Source: Candidatus Peregrinibacteria bacterium
GTDB taxonomy: Bacteria; Patescibacteriota; Gracilibacteria; UM-FILTER-43-11; JACRIE01
Length of the DNA: 64,000 bases
Direction: 5' to 3'
Assembly: GCA_016220165.1 (NCBI GenBank)
Contig: JACRIE010000022.1
Location: forward strand, 5,456-69,455
The translations under genes and the position numbers were made by a program. Below the pieces are notes generated by a model, which saw nothing but the letters and a program-made list of their open reading frames with translations, made no database searches and was not told the DNA's origin. Numbering within the stretch: position 1 is the first letter of the stretch; each line of letters starts with the position of its first letter. Of this stretch, positions 32,418-42,803 are shown one piece after another.

Positions 32418-33101
32418 TTACATCATAATAACGGCTCCCATTCGACCCGTATCGCCGGCACGGGCGGAAAAACAAAGGTCATGGGAAGACTGGGTGCAGA
32501 CTTTCATTAATTCAATATGGGAAGGAGGCACGCCTGCCTCATGCAATTCTGCTTGAGTAAACGCCCATAAATCAACATGATTCTCGGAATTAATGTATGG
32601 CGAAAAACGGGGCGGCAGTTCACGATGAGGATCGGTAAACGTGGCACAGCACGGCCCCAATGAAGGCCCTGCAGCGACCAGAAGATCTTCCTGGCGAGAG
32701 TCAAAATCCGCCACAAGCGTCCGGATCACGGTGGCGATAATATCCGCCACCAAACCGCGCCAACCCGCGTGCACGGCCGCGATCACGTGTTGCGTTGGGT
32801 CATAGAACAAAAGCGCCTGGCAATCCGCCACTTTGATCATTAGGGGGACGCCTTTGAGCTGAGTAATCAAAACATCCGCTTCGGGCATCTCAGACAGAGG
32901 AGCAACCGTGTTTACGACATGAATCTTGTTTCCATGAACTTGTCGCAAAAAATGCGGCTCCGTTGGAAGGCTCAGCTCACGCTGAAGCTTTTTAATGGTG
33001 TCCTGAAAACCATTTTCGTCGCTATTCAAAGACCCAAAGTCCTTGGTGGTCATCCCCTGCACAACCTCCGGGAAGCCGTTGAATATCTTAAAATCAATCA
33101 A
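32418..33101 (-). CDS. pgeF: PgeF/YfiH family (laccase-domain) protein
   Basis: QVHG, ADC, HAGWRG, GPSLGPCC, FSAR. Confidence 0.9.
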   Translation of the reverse strand: MIDFKIFNGFPEVVQGMTTKDFGSLNSDENGFQDTIKKLQRELSLPTEPHFLRQVHGNKIHVVNTVAPLSEMPEADVLITQLKGVPLMIKVADCQALLFYDPTQHVIAAVHAGWRGLVADIIATVIRTLVADFDSRQEDLLVAAGPSLGPCCATFTDPHRELPPRFSPYINSENHVDLWAFTQAELHEAGVPPSHIELMKVCTQSSHDLCFSARAGDTGRMGAVIMM

Positions 33102-33156
33102 AGTCAGGTGTCAGTTTTGTCAGTTGTCAGATGTTATGTGTCAGGTGTAAGTCAGA
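33101..33156 (-). repeat. TGACA heptamer array filling the nnrD-pgeF spacer
   Basis: Minus strand ...cctgacac ataacat ctgacaa ctgacaa aa ctgacac ctgact-TTG. Confidence 0.85.
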
Positions 33157-33933
33157 TCATAGTTGTTGTAACATCATCTGCGGTATCCTCTTAATCAATT
33201 CATAAGCCGTCAGGTTCGCCTGGAGTTCAATGAGATTTTCAGCACACACCCCAAGGATGTTCGTGGCGGTTTCCGCCGCTTCCACGGGCGTCATTTTCTG
33301 CGCCATTAACCCTGCGATAAAACCAGCCAAAACGTCTCCGGTTCCACCCACGGTCATAAAAGCGTTTCCCGTCTCGTTGATCGCGATCGTTTCCTTATTG
33401 GCAATGATGTCCTGAGGCCCTTTACACACGATCGTTGTCTTGTAGAAAGCCGCCCACTTTTGAACCGTTTCGGGCGTGGCGTCTTCCCCCGTCATCCGCT
33501 TGAACTCGCCGCGATGCGGCGTGAGAACTGAAATCGCGGGGAATGACGGAGAGTCGATCAGAGCGCCACCGTCAATCACCACCGGACGCTTGAGCTCGGA
33601 GAAGAGTCGCTTAAGAGCTTTGACGGTTTTGGGAGTTGAATCGAGTCCGGAACCAATCGCCACTACATCTACTTTTTCGCTCCACTCCAAAATTAAATCA
33701 ACGTCTGAAAGACCCAATTCCTCTTCCCTAAAGGCGTGGAGGATAAAATTAAGCGAGTACGTTTTGGCAGCCTCGATGTGCCGCGGCGGCAAAAAGGGAA
33801 AAATAAGGTCAACGCCGGAAGACTGGGCTCCCAAGGCGCACAAAATAGGCGCTCCGTGATAAAGCGAGCTGCCGCCGATCACCATTACTTTGCCGTTATC
33901 GCCTTTGTGAGAATTCGGGTCGCGTTTAAGCAT
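33157..33933 (-). CDS. nnrD: ADP-dependent NAD(P)H-hydrate dehydratase
   Basis: RDPNSHKGDNG, LTPHRGE, GGTGDVLAG. Confidence 0.92.
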   Translation of the reverse strand: MLKRDPNSHKGDNGKVMVIGGSSLYHGAPILCALGAQSSGVDLIFPFLPPRHIEAAKTYSLNFILHAFREEELGLSDVDLILEWSEKVDVVAIGSGLDSTPKTVKALKRLFSELKRPVVIDGGALIDSPSFPAISVLTPHRGEFKRMTGEDATPETVQKWAAFYKTTIVCKGPQDIIANKETIAINETGNAFMTVGGTGDVLAGFIAGLMAQKMTPVEAAETATNILGVCAENLIELQANLTAYELIKRIPQMMLQQL

Positions 33934-33955
33934 AATTTTAGGAATGAGTGACTAG

Positions 33956-34837
33956 TCACTTCTTAAAGGGATTAAAAGGAACAATTTGCACTTCGGGCTC
34001 CAATACAACACGGAACTTCTTAAAAACTTTTTCTTGGATTTTCTTTGCCAACGTAACAATATCTTTCGTCGTGGCGTTGTCCGTGTTTAAAATCCAGTTC
34101 GCGTGTTTTTGAGAAACAATCGCGCCGCCTTCACGCATGCCTTTGCAACCAACCTGTTCGATGAGCCATCCCGCCGAGGGGAATTCGCCCGGATTCTTAA
34201 AGAAACTACCGCAGGATTTCCCCGAGGGCTGTTTTAAAACGCGACTTTTGATCACCTCATTAATGCGCCGTTGCGCTTGAACTTGAGGCTGGGGCTCGAG
34301 CTTAAACGTAGCCGCCAGAACAATGTCCTTTCGCCCTTTGAGCACGCTGGAGCGGTAGGCAAATTGAAAATACTGCGGCTGAACAATTGTCGGGAAGCTG
34401 TTTTGCTCCTCCAAAATCATGGAGTGCATCAACCGATCCTGAAGCTCACAGCCGGGGACGCCCGCGTTGCCGTAAATCGCGCCGCCGATACTTCCCGGAA
34501 TGCCAGCCAGCTCCTCGAATCCGCTCAAATTGAGCTTGGCCGCGGCATGAATGAGCTGGGTAAGCGGCACGCCGCTTTCCACGGTAACAATCGGCCCCTG
34601 GAAATGCATTTTGAGCATCTGATTGTAGACCACAAGCCCCTGGAACCCCTCGTCTGCGAAAAGAACATTGCTTCCAAGTCCCAACATAAAAAAGAGAATC
34701 CCCTTTTTCTTGGCGAATTCACGAAGATAATACATCTCTTCGCCGCTACGAGCCTCGGAAAAAAATAAGGCGGATCCGCCGATTCCGTAGGTCGTGTAAT
34801 TCCCGAGGACGACGTTTTGCTTGATTGCAAGCTCCAT
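33956..34837 (-). CDS. murB: UDP-N-acetylmuramate dehydrogenase
   Basis: GLGSNVL, GIPGSIGGA, GSFFKNP, HANW, LEPEV. Confidence 0.95.
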   Translation of the reverse strand: MELAIKQNVVLGNYTTYGIGGSALFFSEARSGEEMYYLREFAKKKGILFFMLGLGSNVLFADEGFQGLVVYNQMLKMHFQGPIVTVESGVPLTQLIHAAAKLNLSGFEELAGIPGSIGGAIYGNAGVPGCELQDRLMHSMILEEQNSFPTIVQPQYFQFAYRSSVLKGRKDIVLAATFKLEPQPQVQAQRRINEVIKSRVLKQPSGKSCGSFFKNPGEFPSAGWLIEQVGCKGMREGGAIVSQKHANWILNTDNATTKDIVTLAKKIQEKVFKKFRVVLEPEVQIVPFNPFKK

Positions 34838-34843
34838 ATGCCC

Positions 34844-35269
34844 TTATTTTAACGTTTTTTGTGAATAAAGTAAAAGGGCTGAAATAAAATTCAAAACAAT
34901 ATAAAAACAAAGAATCACCAAAAAGGGAAATACAAAAAATAACCACCATTCTATCGACAAAATCGCACGATATAAAACATAAATCATTGCCGACAGAAAT
35001 AATATAAAAATAACCAATAGAAGCATGCCGCCGTACTGTTTACGGACTATCCATAAGGCATGAAGAGGAAAGCGCTCCTGCAAATAATATTTACGAAAAA
35101 TAATGAACATAATCCGATGAAAGAAGGCGGCTAGGATACCGAACATCGGACTAAGAATAGAGCCTATAAGAAAATTGAAGTTCAATGATAATAGAATTCC
35201 CATAAAACCAATCCATGAGACCAGAAAAGTCAACGAAAAAATAAGGTCGCTCAACCTGAAAAAAGCCAT
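34844..35269 (-). CDS. Hypothetical membrane protein
   Basis: About four hydrophobic segments; AT-rich. Confidence 0.6.
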   Translation of the reverse strand: MAFFRLSDLIFSLTFLVSWIGFMGILLSLNFNFLIGSILSPMFGILAAFFHRIMFIIFRKYYLQERFPLHALWIVRKQYGGMLLLVIFILFLSAMIYVLYRAILSIEWWLFFVFPFLVILCFYIVLNFISALLLYSQKTLK

Positions 35270-35342
35270 TTATTCATCGTTTCATAAAATTATATTTTCT
35301 TTGATTTTAATTTCTATCTGATAATTTTTATCGTATCCCATT

Positions 35343-36791
35343 CTACAATTTCCCAAGCGCAAACTCCAAGCGTTTTAACGTCTCCTCCTTTCCAAGATAC
35401 ACCATCAGCGTGGCAAAATTGGGCGATCGTTCCGCGCCCGAAAGCGCCGCGCGGATGGGCCAGAGCACCTGACCGTTTTTGAGCCCAAGCGCGGGCACGA
35501 GCGCCATCATGGCATCGGATAAAACTTTAGTTTTAGCGCTGTCGCCAACATCCCAATCGATATCGCGGACCGCCTCAATCGCCTTTTGAAAAACCGTCTT
35601 AGCGATCTCGGGCGTGACTTTAAATTTCTCGTTCAAAATCAATGAAGGGCTGTACGCCGGCAACGCTTCAAAAAAGACACGAAGTTCCGACGCGATATCG
35701 CTGAGCTTTTTAAAACGTCCTTCAAAATCAGGATCTTTTAAAATCTTTTTAATCAAGTCTGTATTTTGAGTCGGAATCTTGCCTTCAAAAAATTTAAAAT
35801 ATTTTTTAAAAAATCCATCCACGTCTTCCTGAATCGCTTTTTTGATGTATTCGCCGTTGATCCAGTCCAACTTTTTAATGTCAAAAATCGCGCCGCCGTG
35901 ATGCACTCGCGAGAGGTCAAACGCCACGATCAGCTCGTCCATCGAGAGGATTTCTTTACCCTCCGGATGACTCCAGCCCACCAACGCCAAAAAATTAACG
36001 ATCGCCTCGGGAAGATAGCCTTCAGCCAAATAATCGTTGAGCGATACCTTATTTTTCCGCTTGCTCATCTTCGTGCGATCCTCGTTTAAAATCAGCGGCA
36101 AATGCGCGAACTCCGGAATATCCCAACCGAACGCGCGGTAAATCAGAATTTGCTTGGGCGTGTTGGAAATATGATCCTCTCCACGGATCACATGGGTAAT
36201 TTTCATGTCGTGGTCGTCCACCACCACGGTGAAGTTATAGAGGCAGTCATCCAGTCGTCGCGCAATCACAAAATCATCGAATTCCTTACTGGAAAACACG
36301 GTCTCGCCACGAATCAAATCCTTGAAACGCAACTCTTGATCTTGTATCACGCGCAGGCGTATTACCGCCGATTCACCCGCTTTCACTCGCGCGGCGCTAG
36401 CCTTGGGATCAAGTGTGCTACAGGCGCCGTCGTAGCGCGTCGGAAATTTTTTGGCAGTCTGTTCTTCGCGCATTTTGTCGAGGCGTTCTTTACTGCAAAA
36501 ACAATAATACGCCGTATTTTTTTTCAGTAATTCTTTGAGATATTTTTTATAATTTTCTGTCCGTTCGCTCTGCCGATAAGGCCCTTCGTCCCACGTGATC
36601 CCAAGGAGATTGAGGCCGTGGACGATGTCGTCTTCATACTCCTTTTTACTGCGCTCCTTGTCCGTATCCTCACTGCGAAAAACGATCTGCCCTTTTTCAT
36701 GCCGCGCGAAAAGATAGTTGTACAGTGCCGTACGAGCGGTACCGATGTGCAATAAACCAGTTGGGGACGGTGGGATTCGGACTCTTATCAT
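35343..36791 (-). CDS. gltX: Glutamate--tRNA ligase
   Basis: PSPTGLLHIG, IRGEDH, KMSKR. Confidence 0.96.
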   Translation of the reverse strand: MIRVRIPPSPTGLLHIGTARTALYNYLFARHEKGQIVFRSEDTDKERSKKEYEDDIVHGLNLLGITWDEGPYRQSERTENYKKYLKELLKKNTAYYCFCSKERLDKMREEQTAKKFPTRYDGACSTLDPKASAARVKAGESAVIRLRVIQDQELRFKDLIRGETVFSSKEFDDFVIARRLDDCLYNFTVVVDDHDMKITHVIRGEDHISNTPKQILIYRAFGWDIPEFAHLPLILNEDRTKMSKRKNKVSLNDYLAEGYLPEAIVNFLALVGWSHPEGKEILSMDELIVAFDLSRVHHGGAIFDIKKLDWINGEYIKKAIQEDVDGFFKKYFKFFEGKIPTQNTDLIKKILKDPDFEGRFKKLSDIASELRVFFEALPAYSPSLILNEKFKVTPEIAKTVFQKAIEAVRDIDWDVGDSAKTKVLSDAMMALVPALGLKNGQVLWPIRAALSGAERSPNFATLMVYLGKEETLKRLEFALGKL

Positions 36792-36800
36792 AAAAATTAT

Positions 36801-38162
36801 TTAAATAGTTTGTTTTTCAATTTCCTCTTCCACTTTGCGTTTAGCATCCTCTAAAAGCGCCTTCGATTTTCTGCGCGCTTCATGCGATTGACGGACAAGA
36901 GCCGAAATCTGCTGCTGAACGGGTAACGGCAATAATGGAACCAAAACATTTTTGATTTGTTCCGGCTTCCAGTGCTGAATAATCGATCCTCCGGCATCGC
37001 GCTTAGCCTGCATCTGCCCGATGATGGAGTTGATGCATAAGGCCAGGTATTCAGGGTCAACTTCCTCATTCTTGATTTTAAGCCGCATAATTCCGCCCGA
37101 GTTAATGCCTTTTACCGATTCTTTCAATACATAAGCAATCCCCGGCGTTGCGTCTTTGCTGAGCAGAATTTCTCCTTCCTTCGGCTCATAATCCTTTCGG
37201 AGTTCCTGATATAATTTTTCACTCAGATATTTCTGGCTATTGTCCGTCAGACCCTCTTTTGAAAGATTACTGACCCGTATAAAAAGTTTATCTCCTTCTT
37301 CATAGGCTTCGCTCCCCGGTTCCACGCCTTTTTTCATTGTCACAAGATCGCCCAATTTTGCAGGTTGATGCCTTTGGATAGCTGAAAACAGCTTTCTGAA
37401 TTTCGGATCAAAGTAATCCGCGTCAATCCTCTCCGCCGCCCTGACCTCAGAAAATCGGACGATGCCAAAAAGGCCAGCGTGCTCCTCAAAATCAGTGAGA
37501 CCGAGTTCACTGAGAAGCAAAACGACGGCCTGAGAATACAAATTTTTTGAATCGTTGCAACTCCTCAATCCCTGTTTTACTAAATCTGCAATTAACCCTT
37601 GCCATTTAGGTATAGATATAAATAAACGATTTTTTATTTTTTCTAAGGCAATATGTGTTTGAATTTGACCAGTTGTTTCTCGCTCAATTTGAAATTGGCC
37701 AAATTTTGAATTCAAAAAGGCAATCAAAAAAAAGGGATCAATTAAACTCTGGTCATGAATATGCACTCTGGCAACATCCTGATCTATGTTAGCTGGCAAT
37801 ACATCATCGCTAACAATGCCAACCGAACCGATGGTGCCTGCTGTAGAAATTAGAATATCTCCGAATTCTAGAGCTGAACGTAAATTTTTCCGATTTGTTT
37901 CTTCTGCTAATCTGTCAGCCCCATCGTCATTCACCAGCCAATGCGAGACGCTCTTGGCCGTTAAATGTCGGATACTGCTTAAGGGATCTACAATGTGATA
38001 CCCATGCTGACCATCGGTTATAAAGGCCAATTTTCCCAAGGATACTTCTCCAATTGCCTTCAATTTTTTCCCAAAAACTAAGTACTCTGGTTGGTAATAC
38101 TCTGCATCTATCCGATGCGCGCCCTCGAGCTGTGATTTTAGGATGATGGAACAAATGATCAT
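36801..38162 (-). CDS. Restriction-modification specificity subunit (HsdS-like, two TRDs)
   Basis: Duplicated RIDAEYY/RIDADYF, GDILIS/GEILLS, LNSKFG/INSIIG. Confidence 0.85.
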   Translation of the reverse strand: MIICSIILKSQLEGAHRIDAEYYQPEYLVFGKKLKAIGEVSLGKLAFITDGQHGYHIVDPLSSIRHLTAKSVSHWLVNDDGADRLAEETNRKNLRSALEFGDILISTAGTIGSVGIVSDDVLPANIDQDVARVHIHDQSLIDPFFLIAFLNSKFGQFQIERETTGQIQTHIALEKIKNRLFISIPKWQGLIADLVKQGLRSCNDSKNLYSQAVVLLLSELGLTDFEEHAGLFGIVRFSEVRAAERIDADYFDPKFRKLFSAIQRHQPAKLGDLVTMKKGVEPGSEAYEEGDKLFIRVSNLSKEGLTDNSQKYLSEKLYQELRKDYEPKEGEILLSKDATPGIAYVLKESVKGINSGGIMRLKIKNEEVDPEYLALCINSIIGQMQAKRDAGGSIIQHWKPEQIKNVLVPLLPLPVQQQISALVRQSHEARRKSKALLEDAKRKVEEEIEKQTI

Positions 38163-38164
38163 TT

Positions 38165-40126
38165 TTACTTTAAAAAATTAAATCTCTCTTTCCTCCCGAA
38201 CTCCAAAAACCCTTCCGCAATCTCGTCCAAATCATGATCCAGGACTTTGTGTCCTCTCATATCACGGACAAAATTGCCGTTCGGATCTTTTTTGTAAACA
38301 TAGTCGCCGGAGTTGTCTTTGCCCGCCTTTTTTGAAACGGCCATGAAGATGGGGTAATCGGGCTGCGGATCGCCCACTTCACCACCCCACTTTTGAAGGA
38401 AGAGGACGCTCGTTTTGGTGCCCGTATGGGGTTTGAAAGTATTGCCGTGCAGGCCGACCACCGCGAGAATGCGCACTTTTTCAAAGAGGTACTGGCGCAC
38501 GTATTCCATGTTGGTGTTATTCAGCACGCCCTGCGGGAGCACAATGGCCATGCGGCCGCCGGGGCGGAGCATGTCGAGAGTACGCTCGATGAAGAGGATG
38601 TGGCGCTCGATCTTGCTGACGAGCTTTCCGCGTTTTTTACCAAAAAAATACTGGCGTAAAAGCCCTCCATCTTTGATCTCACCTGCAAAAGGAGGATTGG
38701 TGAGAAGAACGTCAAAACCGAAATAATGGAAAGTGCGTCTATTCTCGGCGGCGTCAGCTGAATTTTCCATGGGCAACAACCGCTTCTGCAGTTCGCTACG
38801 GGCATGCAGAAGGATTTGTGATTCACCCTGCCATTCACGCGGATCAAGACTGTTTAGCTTGAACATGTGCGAGCGCCCGTCGCCGGCGATCAGCATAAGC
38901 GCGCGGGAAACGCGCGAGATTTCCTCGGCAAAATCAATGCCCCAGATGTATTCTTTCGCATATTCTCGCTTGGACTCTTCGCTATTACCAAGATGTTTTT
39001 CATTCACATAATTCATGGCCTGAATCAAAAAACCGCCTGAGCCTGCGGCAGGATCAATCACATATTCATCCCTTTTTGGATTCAGCATTTTAACCGCCAT
39101 CGAAATGGCGTGACGGGGAGTAAAATACTGGCCTTTTTTGCCTTTTGCCACCTCAGGAATCAAATATTCAAACGCCTCGTCAATAATAGAAAGATCTGAA
39201 CCAAACAAGCGGGTTTTCTCAAGCTCAGCCACCACGATAGAAAGATGCTCAGGCGAAAGGCTGATGTTATCCTGTTCGTGGAATGTATTAGGCCATTTTT
39301 TGATCGCTTTTTTAAAAAGATCATTGATGACCGCGTAAGTTTTAGACGGATCTTTATATTTTCGGAAAAATACCTCATGATCCGGCCGGCTTAGACGCGC
39401 TTCATTTTCATCAAATAATTTGGCGTAAATTAACTTAAAAACTTCGGTAAAGACATCAACGCCCGCGTTCGCCAGCACCAGCTCTTCCATACTCTCGACA
39501 ATTTTCTTAAGTTCGGTTTTGCTAGTCGTATATTCAAACAGGGTCTTTTTGGACTCCAGAAGATCATCAATCGTCTGACTGGCTTTTGGCAGATCGGGCA
39601 AAGTGTCATCAAATTCCTTGGGATAAGGACGGTACAGGATGATCCGCTGGACGCCATTAGACCAAAAACCAATTTCCGCCCCTTCGGCACTCAGATAACT
39701 TTTCAACTGTTCTATCCCCTTCTTTTCGGACGGAGATTTCACTTCAATAATGATATAAGGAGTGATTTTATCCGACTTATAAATAATGATGTCGGCCGCC
39801 TTTGCATGAATCTCGCGCCCAAAATGAATACTTTTTTCGGTATCAATACGGTCAATTGGATATCCATATGAGCGGGTCAACTTATAGAGCCAAAGCTGAC
39901 GGATAATTTCTTCCGGCTTCCCCTTGCCCTTATTTTCATTCAGCACTACCTTTTTCCCTCCCGATTTCAAATCTTTTACAAAAAATTCTCCCTGTTCTTC
40001 CTCGGTAATTTCAAGAGCCTCATCAAAATTGATTCCATCAAATTCTTTTAGGCCGTAAGCCATATCCGGATCATGGAAGATTTTATCCAGAATTTCCAGG
40101 GTCTTGTTTAACTTTTGAGTGGGCAT
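38165..40126 (-). CDS. Fused PD-(D/E)xK endonuclease + N6-adenine methyltransferase (type IIB/IIG-like)
   Basis: ADIII...IEVK nuclease motif; GQYFTP, DPAAGSGGF, NPPF. Confidence 0.88.
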   Translation of the reverse strand: MPTQKLNKTLEILDKIFHDPDMAYGLKEFDGINFDEALEITEEEQGEFFVKDLKSGGKKVVLNENKGKGKPEEIIRQLWLYKLTRSYGYPIDRIDTEKSIHFGREIHAKAADIIIYKSDKITPYIIIEVKSPSEKKGIEQLKSYLSAEGAEIGFWSNGVQRIILYRPYPKEFDDTLPDLPKASQTIDDLLESKKTLFEYTTSKTELKKIVESMEELVLANAGVDVFTEVFKLIYAKLFDENEARLSRPDHEVFFRKYKDPSKTYAVINDLFKKAIKKWPNTFHEQDNISLSPEHLSIVVAELEKTRLFGSDLSIIDEAFEYLIPEVAKGKKGQYFTPRHAISMAVKMLNPKRDEYVIDPAAGSGGFLIQAMNYVNEKHLGNSEESKREYAKEYIWGIDFAEEISRVSRALMLIAGDGRSHMFKLNSLDPREWQGESQILLHARSELQKRLLPMENSADAAENRRTFHYFGFDVLLTNPPFAGEIKDGGLLRQYFFGKKRGKLVSKIERHILFIERTLDMLRPGGRMAIVLPQGVLNNTNMEYVRQYLFEKVRILAVVGLHGNTFKPHTGTKTSVLFLQKWGGEVGDPQPDYPIFMAVSKKAGKDNSGDYVYKKDPNGNFVRDMRGHKVLDHDLDEIAEGFLEFGRKERFNFLK

Positions 40127-40142
40127 TTTTTAAAATTTTAAA

Positions 40143-40784
40143 TTATTTTATGGGTTTCCAGTAACTATTTTTCAAAACCGAAATCACTTTCCCCTCCATT
40201 ATGACCTCATCGGTAAAAAGCTGAATTTTATATTTTGGATTTTCCGGCTTTAGATATAAATAGGGCGGCTTATCTTCAGAAATAAAGCGTTTTACCGTGG
40301 TCATATTATTTCCTATACGGGCCAAAACGATATCACCCGAAGCAAATTCTTTATGACTTTGAACGAGAACAATATCGCCATGATCAATACCAGCGTTAAT
40401 CATAGAATCCCCGCAGATCCGAAGAAGAAATATGTTCTCTTTAAGCTGCGCAAGCTCCGAAGAGACCATTTGCCACTCGCCAGATATTTCAATCGTTTCA
40501 ATAGGCGCTCCGGCATGAGTCACACCCAGAAAAGGGGCCAGAGGGGATTTATTCAGCAATTGATAAGCAAGAGGTAATAGCGCAATACTGCGCGCCGCGG
40601 ATCCATTTTTCTTGATAAAACCTGCTTTTTCTAGTTTTATCAAAAGATCAATAACCGACTGATTAGAAACAACATTGAGGGATTGCTTCATTTCCTCAAA
40701 ACTGGGCGGATAACCGGTATTTTTAATATACCGATAAAGAAAAAGAAGAAGGTCTTTTTGCCTAGGGGTGATAGTGGTTATCAT
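40143..40784 (-). CDS. LexA-like self-cleaving repressor (wHTH + S24 peptidase)
   Basis: TPRQ...GYPPS..E, Ala-Gly site (HAGAP), GDSM, TVKRF; ATG 40784 preferred. Confidence 0.88.
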   Translation of the reverse strand: MITTITPRQKDLLLFLYRYIKNTGYPPSFEEMKQSLNVVSNQSVIDLLIKLEKAGFIKKNGSAARSIALLPLAYQLLNKSPLAPFLGVTHAGAPIETIEISGEWQMVSSELAQLKENIFLLRICGDSMINAGIDHGDIVLVQSHKEFASGDIVLARIGNNMTTVKRFISEDKPPYLYLKPENPKYKIQLFTDEVIMEGKVISVLKNSYWKPIK

Positions 40785-40790
40785 GCCACG

Positions 40791-40819
40791 AATATACCCG
40801 ACCATTTAGTCGGGTTCAA
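40791..40819 (-). promoter_or_regulatory. Promoter with palindromic operator; probable leaderless transcript
   Basis: TTGAAC-17-TATATT, 6 nt before ATG; ACCCGAC-N6-GTCGGGT at 40796-40815. Confidence 0.7.
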
Positions 40820-40880
40820 TTAAAATTGAATGACAAAATTAAAAAAAATCGCGAAATATCATAGGATCCGCCATCGGACT

Positions 40881-41549
40881 CTAATAGGCTTCCACCGCAA
40901 CCTTGTTCATCTTAATATCCGTGAGCGGCTTATCATTCGCGTCGCGTTCGGCATTGACGATTTTGTCCACCGTGTCCATGCCTTCGAACACCTGCCCGAA
41001 TACGGTATGCTTGCCGTCCAGCCAAGGCGTGGCCTGCGCCTGAACGATGAAGAATTGGCTTCCGTTGGTGCCAGGGCCTTTGTTGGCCATACTAAGCGCG
41101 CCTTTGATATTTTTGAGATTGGGAGTGAACTCGTCCGCGAAATCCTTGCCCCAAATACTCGCGCCGCCCGTGCCTGTGCCCGTGGGATCGCCGCCCTGGA
41201 TCATAAAATCAGGGATGACCCGATGAAAAATCAAACCGTTATAATAGCCCTTCGACGCGAGTCCGAGGAAGTTTTCCACGGCCTTGGGCGCGAATTGCGG
41301 AAATAAGCGGATTTTGATCGTCCCGTCCGTAGTTTCCATGATCACGATCTGTTCGCCCTTTTTGGGCATGTCGGCTTGCTTAAAATCGCTCATAACGGTG
41401 TCCTGGTTAACTTGGCTTTCCTGCGGCGAGCCTTGATAAAATTTATTGATGTCATCCTCGGGCGACGACGCGCAGGCGCTTAATAAGAGTAATGCCAAAC
41501 CCGAAATAAAGGCAAAAAGAAAAAGTGATTTCTTAGATCCAATTTTCAT
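40881..41549 (-). CDS. Cyclophilin-type peptidyl-prolyl isomerase, lipoprotein
   Basis: LSAC lipobox; FHRVIPDFMIQGGDP, NGSQFF, WLDGKHTVFG. Confidence 0.93.
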   Translation of the reverse strand: MKIGSKKSLFLFAFISGLALLLLSACASSPEDDINKFYQGSPQESQVNQDTVMSDFKQADMPKKGEQIVIMETTDGTIKIRLFPQFAPKAVENFLGLASKGYYNGLIFHRVIPDFMIQGGDPTGTGTGGASIWGKDFADEFTPNLKNIKGALSMANKGPGTNGSQFFIVQAQATPWLDGKHTVFGQVFEGMDTVDKIVNAERDANDKPLTDIKMNKVAVEAY

Positions 41550-41570
41550 AAAAAATAAATTAAATAAACT

Positions 41571-42107
41571 TTATGTCGCTGGCGTCACGAGATAAGGCAA
41601 ACAAGTCCCTGCGTCAAGAACTGAATCACAATCAGAACTATCTGCCTTTTGACCAGTCAAAGTCGGAGGCGTTTCCCCTTTGGTAACCACATAGGCGAGA
41701 TCATTATCCTTACCGGCATCATTTTCGAGTGTGGCCGCTAAAATATAATTGGAGCCGCTTACTTTATATCGATATTTCTGCCCTACTGTTACTGGCTTTG
41801 GATCAGTGGGAACTTTAGATAAATATTTTCCTGTTAACTCAGTGGCGCTGATAGTATCGCCTGCTCCTGCCACAGGATAAGCGTTATTTTCCACAAAATA
41901 CAATTCCAGTCCACTTTGTATTGACGTAAGATCCTGTTGTCGTCTGGAGTCCCTCGCCTTCGCAGTCTGTCCGCCCACGGCCGTGTAGGCCACCACCGAG
42001 AGAATCGCGATGATCGTGACAACCACCAGCAACTCCACGAGGCTGAACCCTTTATTTCTTCTTAATTCGTAATTCGTAATTCTGTAATTCGTAATTGCTT
42101 TGTCCAT
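41571..42107 (-). CDS. Type IV major pilin / GspG-like
   Basis: G|FSLVELLVVVTIIAILS; KARDSRR. Confidence 0.9.
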   Translation of the reverse strand: MDKAITNYRITNYELRRNKGFSLVELLVVVTIIAILSVVAYTAVGGQTAKARDSRRQQDLTSIQSGLELYFVENNAYPVAGAGDTISATELTGKYLSKVPTDPKPVTVGQKYRYKVSGSNYILAATLENDAGKDNDLAYVVTKGETPPTLTGQKADSSDCDSVLDAGTCLPYLVTPAT

Positions 42108-42173
42108 ATTTTTTCTTTTAAGGAATTGTTCTCAAAAATTATATTACGGGGGCTCCGTGAAGGCAATTTGATT

Positions 42174-42803
42174 CTAGAACACCTCATCCATCTCAATCTT
42201 TTTGCCAAAATTACCCACGGGGATCTCCGCATGGAGCGCCCATTTGGCTTTATTGAACGCGCCAGTGCCCGAATGAGTGATCCGGTAATGCAGCGGCGCG
42301 TTCATGGATCGAAGCAGGAACGATGGTGGAGGAGAAGAGAGTAGCTGAAAGCTATCCGCGTATTCTCCGGAAGGACACGAAGCGCCTCCATGCGGCTTAG
42401 GAGGATCTGTCACGATCATTAAATCACCCGCTTCCTCCCCGCACAAATTCCAATGAACCGTAATAGTTCCGAGATCGCCGGATCCGCTCAAATCAAGAGT
42501 AGTACCGGCGCCGCTATCCAGCACGCCGTCAATCGTAGGCTGCCGCGTCATGGACGCTTTAATTCCGTCAAAATCCAATGATGGAACTGGCCCTGGCGGA
42601 TGAGCCTTCAAATAAGCCACATAACTCTCCAGGTACGCCTTTTGGCTGTGGTACGCAATCGTATCCCGCTGGGCATCCCGCATCACGCCCAGGCGAACCG
42701 CCAAAAAAAAGAACGCGGTCGTAAGCGCCAAACCGATCGTCACAGTCCAAATGAGGATGCTACCCCTTCTTCGATTGAAAATTAAAAATTGAAAATTAGT
42801 CAT
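42174..42803 (-). CDS. PilX-like minor pilin
   Basis: RRG|SILIWTV hydrophobic helix lacking E5. Confidence 0.6.
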   Translation of the reverse strand: MTNFQFLIFNRRRGSILIWTVTIGLALTTAFFFLAVRLGVMRDAQRDTIAYHSQKAYLESYVAYLKAHPPGPVPSLDFDGIKASMTRQPTIDGVLDSGAGTTLDLSGSGDLGTITVHWNLCGEEAGDLMIVTDPPKPHGGASCPSGEYADSFQLLSSPPPSFLLRSMNAPLHYRITHSGTGAFNKAKWALHAEIPVGNFGKKIEMDEVF

